Position numbers and translations under genes: made by a program. Positions 18,101 to 28,597 of a stretch of 64,000 nucleotides of DNA are shown here, piece after piece. The stretch lies in contig DUMZ01000007.1 in assembly GCA_012839565.1 (NCBI GenBank), positions 110,939 through 174,938 on the forward strand. Direction: 5' to 3'. The first letter of the stretch is position 1. Every line of letters begins with the position of its first letter. The notes beneath the pieces were generated by a model that worked only from the letters and a program-made list of their open reading frames with translations, was not told the origin of the DNA and ran no database searches. The DNA comes from Anaerolineaceae bacterium. Its GTDB lineage: Bacteria > Chloroflexota > Anaerolineae > Anaerolineales > Anaerolineaceae.

Positions 18101-21100
18101 ATGAAACGAGACATGGTCATGACCGACGCCAATGAGGCAACCGCCCACGTCGCTTATCGCTTGAGCGAAGTGATTGCGATTTACCCAATCACCCCCAGCT
18201 CAAACATGGGCGAATTTGCGGACCAATGGGCAGCAGAACGCGTGCCCAACCTGTGGGGCACAATCCCATCGGTCATCGAAATGCAGTCCGAAGGTGGCGC
18301 GGCTGGCGCGGTGCATGGCGCATTGCAAGCCGGCGCACTCACCACAACCTTTACCGCCTCCCAAGGCCTTTTACTGATGATTCCAAATATGTACAAGATT
18401 GCCGGCGAACTGACACCCGCGGTGTTCCATGTTTCCGCGCGCTCAATCGCCGCCCAGGCACTTTCCATTTTTGGTGACCATCAGGACGTTATGGCAGTGC
18501 GCCAAACCGGATGGGGCTTGATTGCCAGCAACTCACCCCAGGAAGCCCAGGATACCGCCGCCATCGCTACCGCCGCGACCTTGCGCGCCCGTGTGCCTTT
18601 TGTGCACTTCTTTGATGGCTTCCGCACATCGCACGAAATCAACAACGTCAATCGCATCAGCGACGATGAACTCCGAGAGCTCATCAACGAAGATATGATT
18701 GCCGAACACCGCGCCCGCGCGCTAAGACCAGAAAAACCCTTCATTCGTGGCACCGCCCAAAACCCTGACGTTTACTTCCAGGGTCGCGAAACCGTCAACC
18801 GCTATTACGACGAAGCTGTGCGCATCGTTCAGGAAGAAATGGACCGATTCGCGGACATCACCGGTCGCCAATACCACGTTATGGAATACTACGGTTCCGA
18901 AAAAGCTGACCGTGTCGTGGTTATTATGGGCTCTGGCGCTGAAACCGCCGCTGAAGTTGCCAACTATCTCAACACCCACAACGAAACCGTTGGTGTGGTT
19001 GTTGTGCGCTTGTATCGACCTTTCCCTGTGGATCAGTTCATCGACTTACTGCCTGCCACAGTCAAGAAAATTGCTGTGCTTGACCGCACCAAAGAACCCG
19101 GCGCCATCGGCGAACCCCTTTACCAGGACGTGGTCAATGCGCTTAACGTGGCTGTTGACGAAGGTCGCCTGGCTTGTGGCACCATGCCCAAAGTCATCGG
19201 CGGACGCTACGGTCTCTCATCAAAAGACTTTACCCCCGCGATGGTTAAGGGTGTCTTTGATGAACTCGCCAAAGACGAACCCAAAGCCCGTTTCACCGTG
19301 GGTATTATCGACGATGTCACCAACTTAAGCATCGATTACGATCCCAGCTTTGAAGTTTTGAGTGATAAGGTTATCCAGGCCATGTTCTTCGGTCTTGGTT
19401 CCGATGGTACCGTTGGTGCCAACAAAAACTCAATCAAAATCATCGGTGATCAAACCGAAAACTTCGCCCAGGGTTACTTCGAGTATGACTCCAAGAAATC
19501 CGGTGGTGTCACCGTTTCGCACTTGCGTTTCGGCCCCGAACCCATCAAAGCGCCATACTTCATTTCCGAAGGTCAGGCCAGCTTTGTGGCGTGCCATCAG
19601 CTTAGCTTTGTTGACCGCTATGACATGATTAAATACTCACGCCCCGGTTCAGTCTTCTTGCTCAACACCATCTACAGCCCCGAAGAAGTCTGGGATACCC
19701 TGCCCCGTGATATGCAAAAAGACATGATTGACAAGAACATTCGCTTCTATGTCATCGACGCATACAAAGTCGCCGAAGCGACCGGTATGGGTAACCGCAT
19801 CAATACCATCATGCAGACCTGTTTCTTCGCCATTTCCGGCGTTTTGCCCCGCGACGAAGCCATCGCCCACATCAAAACCGCCATTGAAGAAACTTACGGC
19901 GAAAAGGGCGAATCCGTTGTTAAACGCAACTTTGCAGCTGTTGACGGCTCACTGGCAAACCTCCACAAAGTGGACTATCCCAAGGAGATTACCAGCGATA
20001 TCGTCCGCCGCCCGGCAGTGCCCGAAGAAGCTCCTGTCTTCGTCAAGGAAGTCCTTTCCATGATGATTGACCGCAAGGGCGACGAAATCCCCGTCAGCAT
20101 GATGCCCGATGATGGCACCTACCCCTCAGCCACAACCCAGTGGGAAAAACGCGATATCGCGCTTGAAATTCCCATTTGGAACCCCGACCTGTGTATCCAG
20201 TGTGGCAAATGCTCCATGGTTTGTCCCCATGCCGCAATCCGCACCAATGTCTACAAAGAAGAACACCTTGCGAACGCTCCCGAAACCTTCAAGAGCAAAC
20301 CTTCCAACTTCCGCGAATGGCGCGATGGCTACGCCTGGACCGTTCAGGTTTCCCCACAGGACTGCGTTGGTTGTGGGCTCTGTGTCGAAAACTGCCCCGG
20401 ACGCGATCGCCAGAACCCAGAAAACAAAGCTATTTTGATGGGCGATAAAATGCCTGTCCGCGAACAGGAAATTGAAAACTGGAAGTTCTTCCTCGACCTG
20501 CCTCTCATCCCCCGCGATGAAATCAAAACAAATACTGTCAAGAACAGCCAACTGCTTGAACCCCTGTTTGAGTTCTCTGGCGCCTGTGGCGGTTGTGGCG
20601 AAACACCTTATCTCAAACTTGCCACACAACTCTTTGGCGATCGCATGATTGTTGCCAACGCAACCGGTTGCTCTTCCATTTACGGTGCCAACCAACCCAC
20701 CACACCCTGGGCACAAAACGTGAATGGCTTAGGCCCCGCCTGGTCAAACTCCCTGTTCGAAGACAACGCCGAATTTGGTTTGGGTATGCGCCTGACGGTG
20801 AATAAATTCAAACAATTCGCTTCTGAAATCCTTGAACGCAACAGCGAAAAGATCGGTCCCGAACTCGTCAAAGCCTTACTCGAAGCTGACCAAAGCGACG
20901 AAGCCGGCATCATCGCCCAACGCAAACGTGTCAAAGAATTAAAAGCCAAACTCCAGGGCGAAACTGAAGGTGAATTGCGCACCCTGCATACCCTGGCAGA
21001 CTATTTGGTCAAGAAGAGCGTTTGGATCATCGGTGGCGACGGCTGGGCTTACGACATCGGCTACGGTGGTCTCGACCATGTTCTGGCCAGCGGACACAAC

Positions 21101-21679
21101 GTGAACGTGCTGGTAATGGACACCGAAGTTTACTCCAACACCGGTGGTCAAAGCTCCAAGGCGACCCCCTTGGCTGCTGTTGCCAAATTTGCCGCTGACG
21201 GTAAAGCCATGCCCAAGAAAGACCTCGGCATGATTGCCATGACCTACGGTAATATTTACGTGGCCAAGGTCGCGATGGGTGCCTCAGACGCTCAGGTTTT
21301 GAAAGCCTTCAGCGAAGCTGACTCCTATGACGGTCCCAGCTTGATTATCGCCTACGCGCACTGCATCAACCACGGTATCGACATGAAGAAGGGTCTCATC
21401 CAACAGAAACTGGCTGTTCAGTCTGGCGTTTGGAACCTCTTCCGCTATGACCCACGCCTGACCGCCCAAGGCATCAACCCCTTGCAACTCGACTCGAAAG
21501 AGCCGACCATTCCAGTGTCTGAATATGCCTACAACGAAACCCGTTACCGCATGTTGGTCAACCAGGACGAAGAACGCGCTGAAATGCTGATGCAAATGGC
21601 ACAAAAAGACGCAGAACGCCGCTGGTTTATGTACTCACAAATGGCTGCCATGGACTATTCAGCCATGAAAAAAGATTAA
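18101..21679 (+). CDS. nifJ: Pyruvate:ferredoxin (flavodoxin) oxidoreductase, single-polypeptide type
   Basis: 1192 aa. Two 4Fe-4S motifs (CIQCGKCSMVCP, CVGCGLCVENCP). TPP motif GGDGWAYDIGYGG. Confidence 0.95.
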   Translation: MKRDMVMTDANEATAHVAYRLSEVIAIYPITPSSNMGEFADQWAAERVPNLWGTIPSVIEMQSEGGAAGAVHGALQAGALTTTFTASQGLLLMIPNMYKIAGELTPAVFHVSARSIAAQALSIFGDHQDVMAVRQTGWGLIASNSPQEAQDTAAIATAATLRARVPFVHFFDGFRTSHEINNVNRISDDELRELINEDMIAEHRARALRPEKPFIRGTAQNPDVYFQGRETVNRYYDEAVRIVQEEMDRFADITGRQYHVMEYYGSEKADRVVVIMGSGAETAAEVANYLNTHNETVGVVVVRLYRPFPVDQFIDLLPATVKKIAVLDRTKEPGAIGEPLYQDVVNALNVAVDEGRLACGTMPKVIGGRYGLSSKDFTPAMVKGVFDELAKDEPKARFTVGIIDDVTNLSIDYDPSFEVLSDKVIQAMFFGLGSDGTVGANKNSIKIIGDQTENFAQGYFEYDSKKSGGVTVSHLRFGPEPIKAPYFISEGQASFVACHQLSFVDRYDMIKYSRPGSVFLLNTIYSPEEVWDTLPRDMQKDMIDKNIRFYVIDAYKVAEATGMGNRINTIMQTCFFAISGVLPRDEAIAHIKTAIEETYGEKGESVVKRNFAAVDGSLANLHKVDYPKEITSDIVRRPAVPEEAPVFVKEVLSMMIDRKGDEIPVSMMPDDGTYPSATTQWEKRDIALEIPIWNPDLCIQCGKCSMVCPHAAIRTNVYKEEHLANAPETFKSKPSNFREWRDGYAWTVQVSPQDCVGCGLCVENCPGRDRQNPENKAILMGDKMPVREQEIENWKFFLDLPLIPRDEIKTNTVKNSQLLEPLFEFSGACGGCGETPYLKLATQLFGDRMIVANATGCSSIYGANQPTTPWAQNVNGLGPAWSNSLFEDNAEFGLGMRLTVNKFKQFASEILERNSEKIGPELVKALLEADQSDEAGIIAQRKRVKELKAKLQGETEGELRTLHTLADYLVKKSVWIIGGDGWAYDIGYGGLDHVLASGHNVNVLVMDTEVYSNTGGQSSKATPLAAVAKFAADGKAMPKKDLGMIAMTYGNIYVAKVAMGASDAQVLKAFSEADSYDGPSLIIAYAHCINHGIDMKKGLIQQKLAVQSGVWNLFRYDPRLTAQGINPLQLDSKEPTIPVSEYAYNETRYRMLVNQDEERAEMLMQMAQKDAERRWFMYSQMAAMDYSAMKKD

Positions 21680-21711
21680 GCGCTGATTAATTTCAGGCTA
21701 TAAGGTAAAAT

Positions 21712-21746
21712 AACGGTGGCGCATTAAGACGCCACCGTTTTCTTTT
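21712..21746 (+). terminator. Rho-independent terminator
   Basis: AACGGTGGCG-cattaaga-CGCCACCGTTTTCTTTT. Confidence 0.75.
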
Positions 21747-21815
21747 AATTTTATCCCCGCATGGTATTCTTCTTTCAGGGGTCACCAGGAATTTATGAGT
21801 GAAATTGAGTAAGCT

Positions 21816-23744
21816 ATGTCAGTTGTTGATCAAATTAAAGCCCGTTTAGATATTGTTGACACCGTTAGCCAAACCGTCAAACTGCGCCGGACCGGTAAAA
21901 ACTATATCGGTTTTTGTCCCTTTCACAAAAACACGCGCACGCCGGCCTTCGTCGTCTTCCCGGAAACGCAAACCTGGCGGTGTTTTGGCCAATGCAATGA
22001 AGGTGGCGACATCTTTGGCTATGTGATGAAACGTGAAGGCCTCGACTTCAACGAGACCTTGAAAAAACTCGCTGAACAAGCCGGTGTTGAACTAAGCCCC
22101 ATTACAGAACACAGCCAGGCCCAAAAAGACAGCCATGCCCGTCTTCAGCAGATTTTGGACGAAGCTTTGCGCTTCTATCGCCAACAGATGCTGGAAACTG
22201 AAGCTGGTAAAAAAGCGCTCAATTACGTCAAAGCGCGGGGTCTTTCTGATGAAACCATTAAAATTTGGGGCTTGGGATACGCGCCTGGAGGTTGGGATAC
22301 ACTCCTTAAGCATTTTGCCAAAACCGAATTTCAGGTCAGCGAACTTGAAGATGCCGGTTTGCTGACTTTGCGTGACGATGGCAGCAGTTACGACCGCTTC
22401 CGCGACCGCCTGATGTTCCCTATCCGCAACAACCTGGGTAAAATGACCGGTTTTGGCGCGCGCGCTTTGAACCCGGACGACGTGCCCAAGTATCTCAACT
22501 CGCCCAAAACCGAACTTTTCGACAAAGGGCATTTGCTTTACGGTATGGACCTTGCGCGTCGTGAAATGCGCCAGCTTAACCAGGCCGTCATCGTTGAAGG
22601 CTATATGGACGTCATCGCGCTTCACCAGGCCGGCTATAAAAACGTGGTCGCCTCGATGGGTACCGCGCTTACCGAAGAGCAGTTTGGACTCTTAAAACGC
22701 ACGACGCGCAACATCGTTCTGGCTCTCGACGCCGACCAGGCCGGCCAAAACGCTACCCTGCGCGGGCTTGAAACCGCCCGTCGCACGATGGGTGAAGAAC
22801 TCGATATGACTTTCGACTCGCGGGGTTTGTTGCGCTTTGAACGTCATCTCAAAGCCGACATCCGCGTAACCACCCTGCCCGAAGGACTTGACCCCGACGA
22901 AATTGTGAACGAAGACCCGGAACAATGGCGCGCTATTGTCGCTAACGCCAAACCGATTGTCGTGCACGTTATGCAAACCCTGGCACAAAACCAGGATCTG
23001 GATGACGCCAAAGTCAAACGCGAAATTGCCGCTCAGGTTATGCCCCTCATTGAAGACATTGCCGACGCGGTAGAACGCGAAGGCTATCGCCAGCAACTGG
23101 CCAACTTCCTGCGCATTGACGAAAGAGCCCTGCGCGCTAGCCCCGGCCCCAGTGGAAGCCAATCGCGAAGACGCCGTCTAGCCGAATCTGAAACAGAACA
23201 TACCTCGCCCAGCCCTGCCCTGGCAAATCTCAGCAAACGCAATCGCCTGCTTGAAACGCACATTCTTAGTTTTCTCATCAGAGCGCCCGAAACGGTTTAC
23301 AAACTAAACCGCCAGCTAGGCATACTCAACTTGTCCCTGCTATCCCAGGATGACTTTCAGGAATCAGACTGCAAACTGGCATTTGGCATTGTGCAAGCCA
23401 GCCTTGAACAAGACGCCGAACCCGCCATAGACTACCTTGAGCAACACTTGCCTGATATCTTTGACCCCATAGAACCACAAAGTCCAGATCTGGTTATCCT
23501 GGAGCCCAGCAAAGAAAAACAGCTTCTCGACCAGCTGAAAAGCGTTTTGAGACTTCGCAAAAACATCATTGAAGACCGCCAGCAGGAAATGCAGTTCATC
23601 CAGTCCGATCCGGAGATGCAAGAGCTTTCCAAAGAAGAAGCCAGCAGCCTTTATATTGAACTGCTCAACAAACGGCGTACCATTGACCACGCGCTGGCAT
23701 CACCATTCCTGCCTGAAGATAAAATAAACAAAGCCAAAAATTAG
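21816..23744 (+). CDS. dnaG: DNA primase
   Basis: Zinc-ribbon CPFHKNTRTPAFVVF...WRCFGC. TOPRIM region EGYMDVIAL...LALDADQAG. Confidence 0.9.
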   Translation: MSVVDQIKARLDIVDTVSQTVKLRRTGKNYIGFCPFHKNTRTPAFVVFPETQTWRCFGQCNEGGDIFGYVMKREGLDFNETLKKLAEQAGVELSPITEHSQAQKDSHARLQQILDEALRFYRQQMLETEAGKKALNYVKARGLSDETIKIWGLGYAPGGWDTLLKHFAKTEFQVSELEDAGLLTLRDDGSSYDRFRDRLMFPIRNNLGKMTGFGARALNPDDVPKYLNSPKTELFDKGHLLYGMDLARREMRQLNQAVIVEGYMDVIALHQAGYKNVVASMGTALTEEQFGLLKRTTRNIVLALDADQAGQNATLRGLETARRTMGEELDMTFDSRGLLRFERHLKADIRVTTLPEGLDPDEIVNEDPEQWRAIVANAKPIVVHVMQTLAQNQDLDDAKVKREIAAQVMPLIEDIADAVEREGYRQQLANFLRIDERALRASPGPSGSQSRRRRLAESETEHTSPSPALANLSKRNRLLETHILSFLIRAPETVYKLNRQLGILNLSLLSQDDFQESDCKLAFGIVQASLEQDAEPAIDYLEQHLPDIFDPIEPQSPDLVILEPSKEKQLLDQLKSVLRLRKNIIEDRQQEMQFIQSDPEMQELSKEEASSLYIELLNKRRTIDHALASPFLPEDKINKAKN

Positions 23745-23768
23745 TGCCTAACCCACAGAAAGACAATA

Positions 23769-25166
23769 ATGACCGATAAAAACGACCTTGAAGATAATGC
23801 CCGCATAGAAGAAACCCAGGAACTTTTGGAAAACATCGATGACCCTGTAAAACTCTATTTGCGAGAGATAACCAGCACCCCTTTGCTAAGTAACGAAGAA
23901 GAATTTCGCCTGGCGCTTGCCGTACAAGCTGATGAACTGGCAAAAAACTGTTCAAACGAACTGACCGGCATGAATCTGCAAACCATTCTGGCTGATATCC
24001 AACACAGCTGGGAAAGCGTCATCAACGACGCCCATCGCCTGAAACACAACCCGCCTGATGTCATGTCCATTCTAAAAGAAGTCCGCGCCTTTCAGGATGA
24101 ACTCCTGCCCGATGAACCTTCCTACACACGCGCCTTTTTAAACCTTCCCCGCTGGGGAAATGACCGCGTTTGGGAAGTCTTCGCCACCAACATCTTGCGA
24201 TTTTTCCAAGCCGTTTTCTTGCTAGGGTCTTCAAACCTGGATTTACTTATTCAACATCTTCAAAAGCATGATGAAACCATTCTTGACGCGCTAGGCAAAA
24301 TTGACTTCAACGCCGATCTCATCGAAACCCGTGCGAGAGTCAGTGAAAGAGCCAAACAAGCCAGCGACATTTTGGTGGAATACAATTTGCGGCTTGTGGT
24401 AAGCATTGCCAAGCACTACTCCAACCCTGGTGTTTCCCTTTTGGATCTCATTCAGGAAGGCAATATAGGTCTCATGCGCGCGATATCCAAGTTTGACCCC
24501 GCCAAAGGCTATCGCTTTAGCACCTATGCTGCCTGGTGGATTCGCCAGTCCGTCTCGCGTTATATCGCCGAACATGCCCGCACCATTCGCCTGCCCATTC
24601 ACGTCGCCGAAGCCATCGGACGCCTGAACAAAATCCAGCGTGATTTGGTACAACGTTTTGGCCGTGAACCAAGTTTTGCCGAAGTCGCCGCGCATTCCAC
24701 CTACCTAAGTGATGAAGACCAGGCAGCCATTGAAGCCATCGGCTTTGACCGCGAAAAAGCCCCGCCAGATTTGATTTACCGCTGGGACGAAGCCACGCGT
24801 AAAGTTGAAGATATGCTCAAAAAGCGCGAAACGCCCCTTTCGCTTGAAAGCCCCATCGGTGACGCTGAAGACAGCATCCTGGCCGACTTTATTCCAGATT
24901 ATGAAAGTGATCAGCCCCTGGAAGGCGCCATGCGCGCGAGTTTGAGAGACACCATCGCCCGATCGCTGGCAACTCTCAACGAACGCGAGCAAGAAGTGCT
25001 CAAATTGCGTTTTGGACTTGTAGATGGCATCAATCATTCCCTTGACGAAATTGCCTTGAAATTTGAGCTTACCAGCGAACGTATTCGCCAAATTGAAGCC
25101 TCCGCCCTGCGAAAACTGCGCACCACAAGCTCAAGCAATAAACTGCGTGATTTTGTTGAAGACTAA
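23769..25166 (+). CDS. rpoD: Primary RNA polymerase sigma-70 factor
   Basis: Region 2 motif LIQEGNIGLMRAISKFDPAKGYRFSTYAAWWIRQ. Region 4 helix-turn-helix LDEIALKFELTSERIRQIE. The gene follows dnaG as in the classical dnaG-rpoD operon. Confidence 0.9.
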   Translation: MTDKNDLEDNARIEETQELLENIDDPVKLYLREITSTPLLSNEEEFRLALAVQADELAKNCSNELTGMNLQTILADIQHSWESVINDAHRLKHNPPDVMSILKEVRAFQDELLPDEPSYTRAFLNLPRWGNDRVWEVFATNILRFFQAVFLLGSSNLDLLIQHLQKHDETILDALGKIDFNADLIETRARVSERAKQASDILVEYNLRLVVSIAKHYSNPGVSLLDLIQEGNIGLMRAISKFDPAKGYRFSTYAAWWIRQSVSRYIAEHARTIRLPIHVAEAIGRLNKIQRDLVQRFGREPSFAEVAAHSTYLSDEDQAAIEAIGFDREKAPPDLIYRWDEATRKVEDMLKKRETPLSLESPIGDAEDSILADFIPDYESDQPLEGAMRASLRDTIARSLATLNEREQEVLKLRFGLVDGINHSLDEIALKFELTSERIRQIEASALRKLRTTSSSNKLRDFVED

Positions 25167-25186
25167 ACAATATCTAAAAGATAACC

Positions 25187-26122
25187 ATGGCTAATCAACA
25201 AAATCTCAAATTCTTTGAAGATACAAACGCCTTTTTAGAGCACACCCTACCCGTTTTCAAAGCTGATGAAACCCGACATCGTCTCATGTTAGGCATAGCC
25301 ATCGCCCTGCAAAAACGACCCGATGCCTTTGGTAAAAAGACGCCTCTCATGACCCTTCGGCTAGAAGACACAAGCGAGGACGCATCTCCCGCTCGCGCCG
25401 GTCTCCTGACCGAGCGCGTCCAGGCTGATTTTATTGCCATCATGACCCCACCTTACCCCATACTGGTTTGGTTTAAAGAAACGCTATCAGATGTAGACCT
25501 GAAAGAAATAGCACTGGCTATCAAAGAAAAGGGATGGAACTTACCCGGGGTGAATGGCATCGCGACATGCAGTAGCCGCTTTGCTTCCATTTGGGCAGAA
25601 CTCAATCAAATTAACACGCCGTCAGTAATGCATTCAATGTCCTACGAACTAACCAAGGTCATCTTTCCAGAATCAATACCAGCGGGTTCCTTTCAATTTG
25701 CTCAGGAAGGACACGCGGAAATCTTGCTTAAATATATGAATGATATGCAGGATGACCTCAACGCATCCGTAAGAATAGAATACACCCTTGAGCATATTCA
25801 TAACTTTATTGCTGGTAAACGAATCGGAATCTGGCTTGTGTACGATCAGCCAGTAAGCATGGCCATGTCAAACCGTCCCCAACTAAGCAGCATCGGTATC
25901 AGCGCGGTATACACACCAAACGAATACCGCGGAAAAGGCTACGCCAGTGCTGTTGTCGCCTCCCTTTCACAAGAGCTGCTCAATCAGGGCTATCAAAGGG
26001 TTAATCTTTTCGCCGACCTTTCAAACCCGACCAGTAATAAGATATACAAAGCCATCGGGTTCAAGGAAGTTTGTGATTATCAGGAATTTAAATTTACATC
26101 TGCAGACAAATCTTTTCTCTAA
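25187..26122 (+). CDS. GNAT-domain protein (C-terminal acetyltransferase domain)
   Basis: YRGKGYASAVVASL...NKIYKAIGF acetyl-CoA binding motif. Confidence 0.65.
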   Translation: MANQQNLKFFEDTNAFLEHTLPVFKADETRHRLMLGIAIALQKRPDAFGKKTPLMTLRLEDTSEDASPARAGLLTERVQADFIAIMTPPYPILVWFKETLSDVDLKEIALAIKEKGWNLPGVNGIATCSSRFASIWAELNQINTPSVMHSMSYELTKVIFPESIPAGSFQFAQEGHAEILLKYMNDMQDDLNASVRIEYTLEHIHNFIAGKRIGIWLVYDQPVSMAMSNRPQLSSIGISAVYTPNEYRGKGYASAVVASLSQELLNQGYQRVNLFADLSNPTSNKIYKAIGFKEVCDYQEFKFTSADKSFL

Positions 26123-26144
26123 ACCTTGTTTTGATATTTTATAA

Positions 26145-26176
26145 AAAAACGCGTGGCTCAAAAACCACGCGTTTTA
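26145..26176. terminator. Bidirectional terminator
   Basis: AAAACGCGTGG-ctcaaaa-CCACGCGTTTT. Confidence 0.7.
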
Positions 26177-26195
26177 ATTTCAAATGCAAAAGAAA

Positions 26196-28262
26196 TTAAT
26201 CTTCGTCGTGCATCTCACGCTGGCGTTGCGCGATAATTTCCTGCGCCTGCATATGGGGAACCATCTCGTAATGGTCAAACTCCATCGTGTACTGACCACG
26301 TCCACCGGTCATTGAGCGCAAAGTGGTTGTATAGCGCATCATTTCAGCCAGTGGCACCATCGCGTTGATGATTGATCGACCACGGTCAGTATCCATACCT
26401 TCCATACGACCACGTCGGGTGTTCAAGTCGCCCATCACATCACCCATGTTGGCTTCAGGAACGGTTACGGAGACTTTCATAATTGGTTCGTAAAGCACCG
26501 GATTTGCGTCTTTCACAGCCAACTTAAAGGCTTCACGGCCGGCAATTTCAAACGCCACAGGTTTGGAGTCAACGGGGTGTTCCTTACCATCATAAACCGA
26601 AACACCCACATTGTGCACAGGGAAACCAGCCACAACGCCTTCTTTCATCACGTTGCGGATACCCTTTTCGATAGATGCCATATAGTTGCTCGAAATCGCG
26701 CCACCAAAGACATCATTCGTAAAGCTGAAATCTTCATCTTCAAGCGGGAAGACTTTCAAGGCAACTTCACCAAACTGACCCGAACCACCGGTCTGTTTCT
26801 TGTGGCGATAGGTCGCGCTGGCTTCTTTGGTGATGTGTTCTTCGTAGGGCACCTTTGGCTCGTGCAGGTCAAGGCATAGCTGGAATTTCTGTTCGGCGCG
26901 TTTCACTGCCACATCGATGTGCTGGTCGCCCATACCGAATAACAAGGTTTGGCGGGTAGCAGCTTCCATTTCCCATTTCAGGGTCAGGTCTTCTTCTGCC
27001 AGGCGCGAAAGCGTTTGGCTCATCTTGCTGGCGTCCGCTTGCGTGCGTGGGGTAATTGCCACACGATAAAGGGGTGTGGGATACTCGGGCATGTCCAAAG
27101 TGATATTTTGCTCTTTGGTGGTCAACGTGTCACCAGTGGTGGTTACACTCAACTTGGCAACCGCGCCCAGGTCACCGGCGTGCAAAACAGACACCGCGTT
27201 CATATCTTTACCCGATGGCACCTGAACACCAGCTAAACGTTCTTCTTCACCTTTGGTGGCGTTCCATACACGGGTATCGGAGCTCATCACACCAGAATAA
27301 ACCTTAAAGAAAGTCTGTCGGCCAACAAAGGGGTCCGCGGTTGTTTTCCAAACATAAGCCGCCAGGGGACCTTTGTCATCATAGTGCAGTTCAATTTCGC
27401 CTTTGGGCGTGTTCGCTTTCACAGCCGGTCGTTCCAAAGGTGAGGGTGCTAAAGCAAGCAATCCTTCCAAAATCGGGCCGATGCCCATCATACGTCCACC
27501 AGCGGCGACCATCACGGGGATAATATTGCTGACCTGAATGGCTTTGTGTAAACCCTGAACCATTTCTTCGGGGGTCAAATCGCCATTTTCGAAATATTTC
27601 TCCAAAAGCGCATCTTCGCCTTCAGCAGCTGCTTCCACAAGCACTGTGCGCGCCTCTTCCGCTTCAGCTTGCATTTCAGCAGGGATATCGCTGGCAGTTT
27701 TACCGTCGCCAAGATAGGCCTTCATCGTCAGTAAGTCTACAACGCCTTTGAAATCAGCTTTTTCGCCGATGGGTAAATGCATCGGGATTAAGCGTGCGTC
27801 GGTTACTTCTTCTACAGATTTCATAGCTTTTGCAAAACTGGCATTATCGCGATCCATCTTGTTGAGGAGCAAAAAGCGGGGCATTCCGAATTTTTCAGCA
27901 TAGTACAAAGCGGTTTCGGTACCTACTTCAGCACCAGAAACAGAGTCAACCAAAATCAAGGCTGCATCAGCGACTCGCATTGCGGAAACCACTTCACCAA
28001 CAAAGTCGGAATAACCTGGGGTGTCGATAAAGTTAAATTTAATGTCCTTGTAAACAATAGGAACCAGCGAAGAAAAGAGTGAGATTTGTCGTTTTTGTTC
28101 TTCTTCGTCCCAGTCTGATGTCGTTGTGCCATCTTCAATTTTTCCGATGCGGGTGGTAGCGCCAGTAAAATTCAACATATTCTCGATGAGCATAGTCTTG
28201 CCCGAGTTGCTGTGTGATGCGAGCACAATATTGCGAATTGATGCGGTTGAAAATTCTTTCAT
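26196..28262 (-). CDS. Elongation factor G paralog (EF-G2-like translational GTPase)
   Basis: G motifs SHSNSGKT, DTPG and NKMD. 688 aa with EF-G domains II-V. AGGAAGG SD. Confidence 0.85.
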   Translation of the reverse strand: MKEFSTASIRNIVLASHSNSGKTMLIENMLNFTGATTRIGKIEDGTTTSDWDEEEQKRQISLFSSLVPIVYKDIKFNFIDTPGYSDFVGEVVSAMRVADAALILVDSVSGAEVGTETALYYAEKFGMPRFLLLNKMDRDNASFAKAMKSVEEVTDARLIPMHLPIGEKADFKGVVDLLTMKAYLGDGKTASDIPAEMQAEAEEARTVLVEAAAEGEDALLEKYFENGDLTPEEMVQGLHKAIQVSNIIPVMVAAGGRMMGIGPILEGLLALAPSPLERPAVKANTPKGEIELHYDDKGPLAAYVWKTTADPFVGRQTFFKVYSGVMSSDTRVWNATKGEEERLAGVQVPSGKDMNAVSVLHAGDLGAVAKLSVTTTGDTLTTKEQNITLDMPEYPTPLYRVAITPRTQADASKMSQTLSRLAEEDLTLKWEMEAATRQTLLFGMGDQHIDVAVKRAEQKFQLCLDLHEPKVPYEEHITKEASATYRHKKQTGGSGQFGEVALKVFPLEDEDFSFTNDVFGGAISSNYMASIEKGIRNVMKEGVVAGFPVHNVGVSVYDGKEHPVDSKPVAFEIAGREAFKLAVKDANPVLYEPIMKVSVTVPEANMGDVMGDLNTRRGRMEGMDTDRGRSIINAMVPLAEMMRYTTTLRSMTGGRGQYTMEFDHYEMVPHMQAQEIIAQRQREMHDED

Positions 28263-28597
28263 GTATTACCTTCCTGTTATCATTTTTGCCTGGCGCTGCG
28301 CCTGGCTAGTTTTTATCTTTAATCGTTAATATTCGGCAGTAAACCGACTTTTGATTATATCAGATATTCCATCATATTGACAATTTTTAATGAATTTACA
28401 ATGTGTTTCATCTTGGAAATTTATTCATCAATAAAAATGCACTTATAGTAATAACAACAAGATAATTGAAGTGAATATCATACATAAATCTTATGTACAA
28501 AGATCATACATTGCTTTGAAACCCCTGCATTGCTTAACTAAAATCATTTCATAACTTTTGAGATGATGCATCATGCAAAATGATACGAGGTTTTAAT

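Noticed and set aside
20126-20716. 196-aa antisense ORF inside the PFOR gene; similar cases at 22092..22625 in dnaG, 5030..5548 in selB and 56710..57312 opposite pnp
   Set aside because: These are shadow ORFs opposite highly conserved genes. They have the same biased composition, no independent start signals and no motifs.
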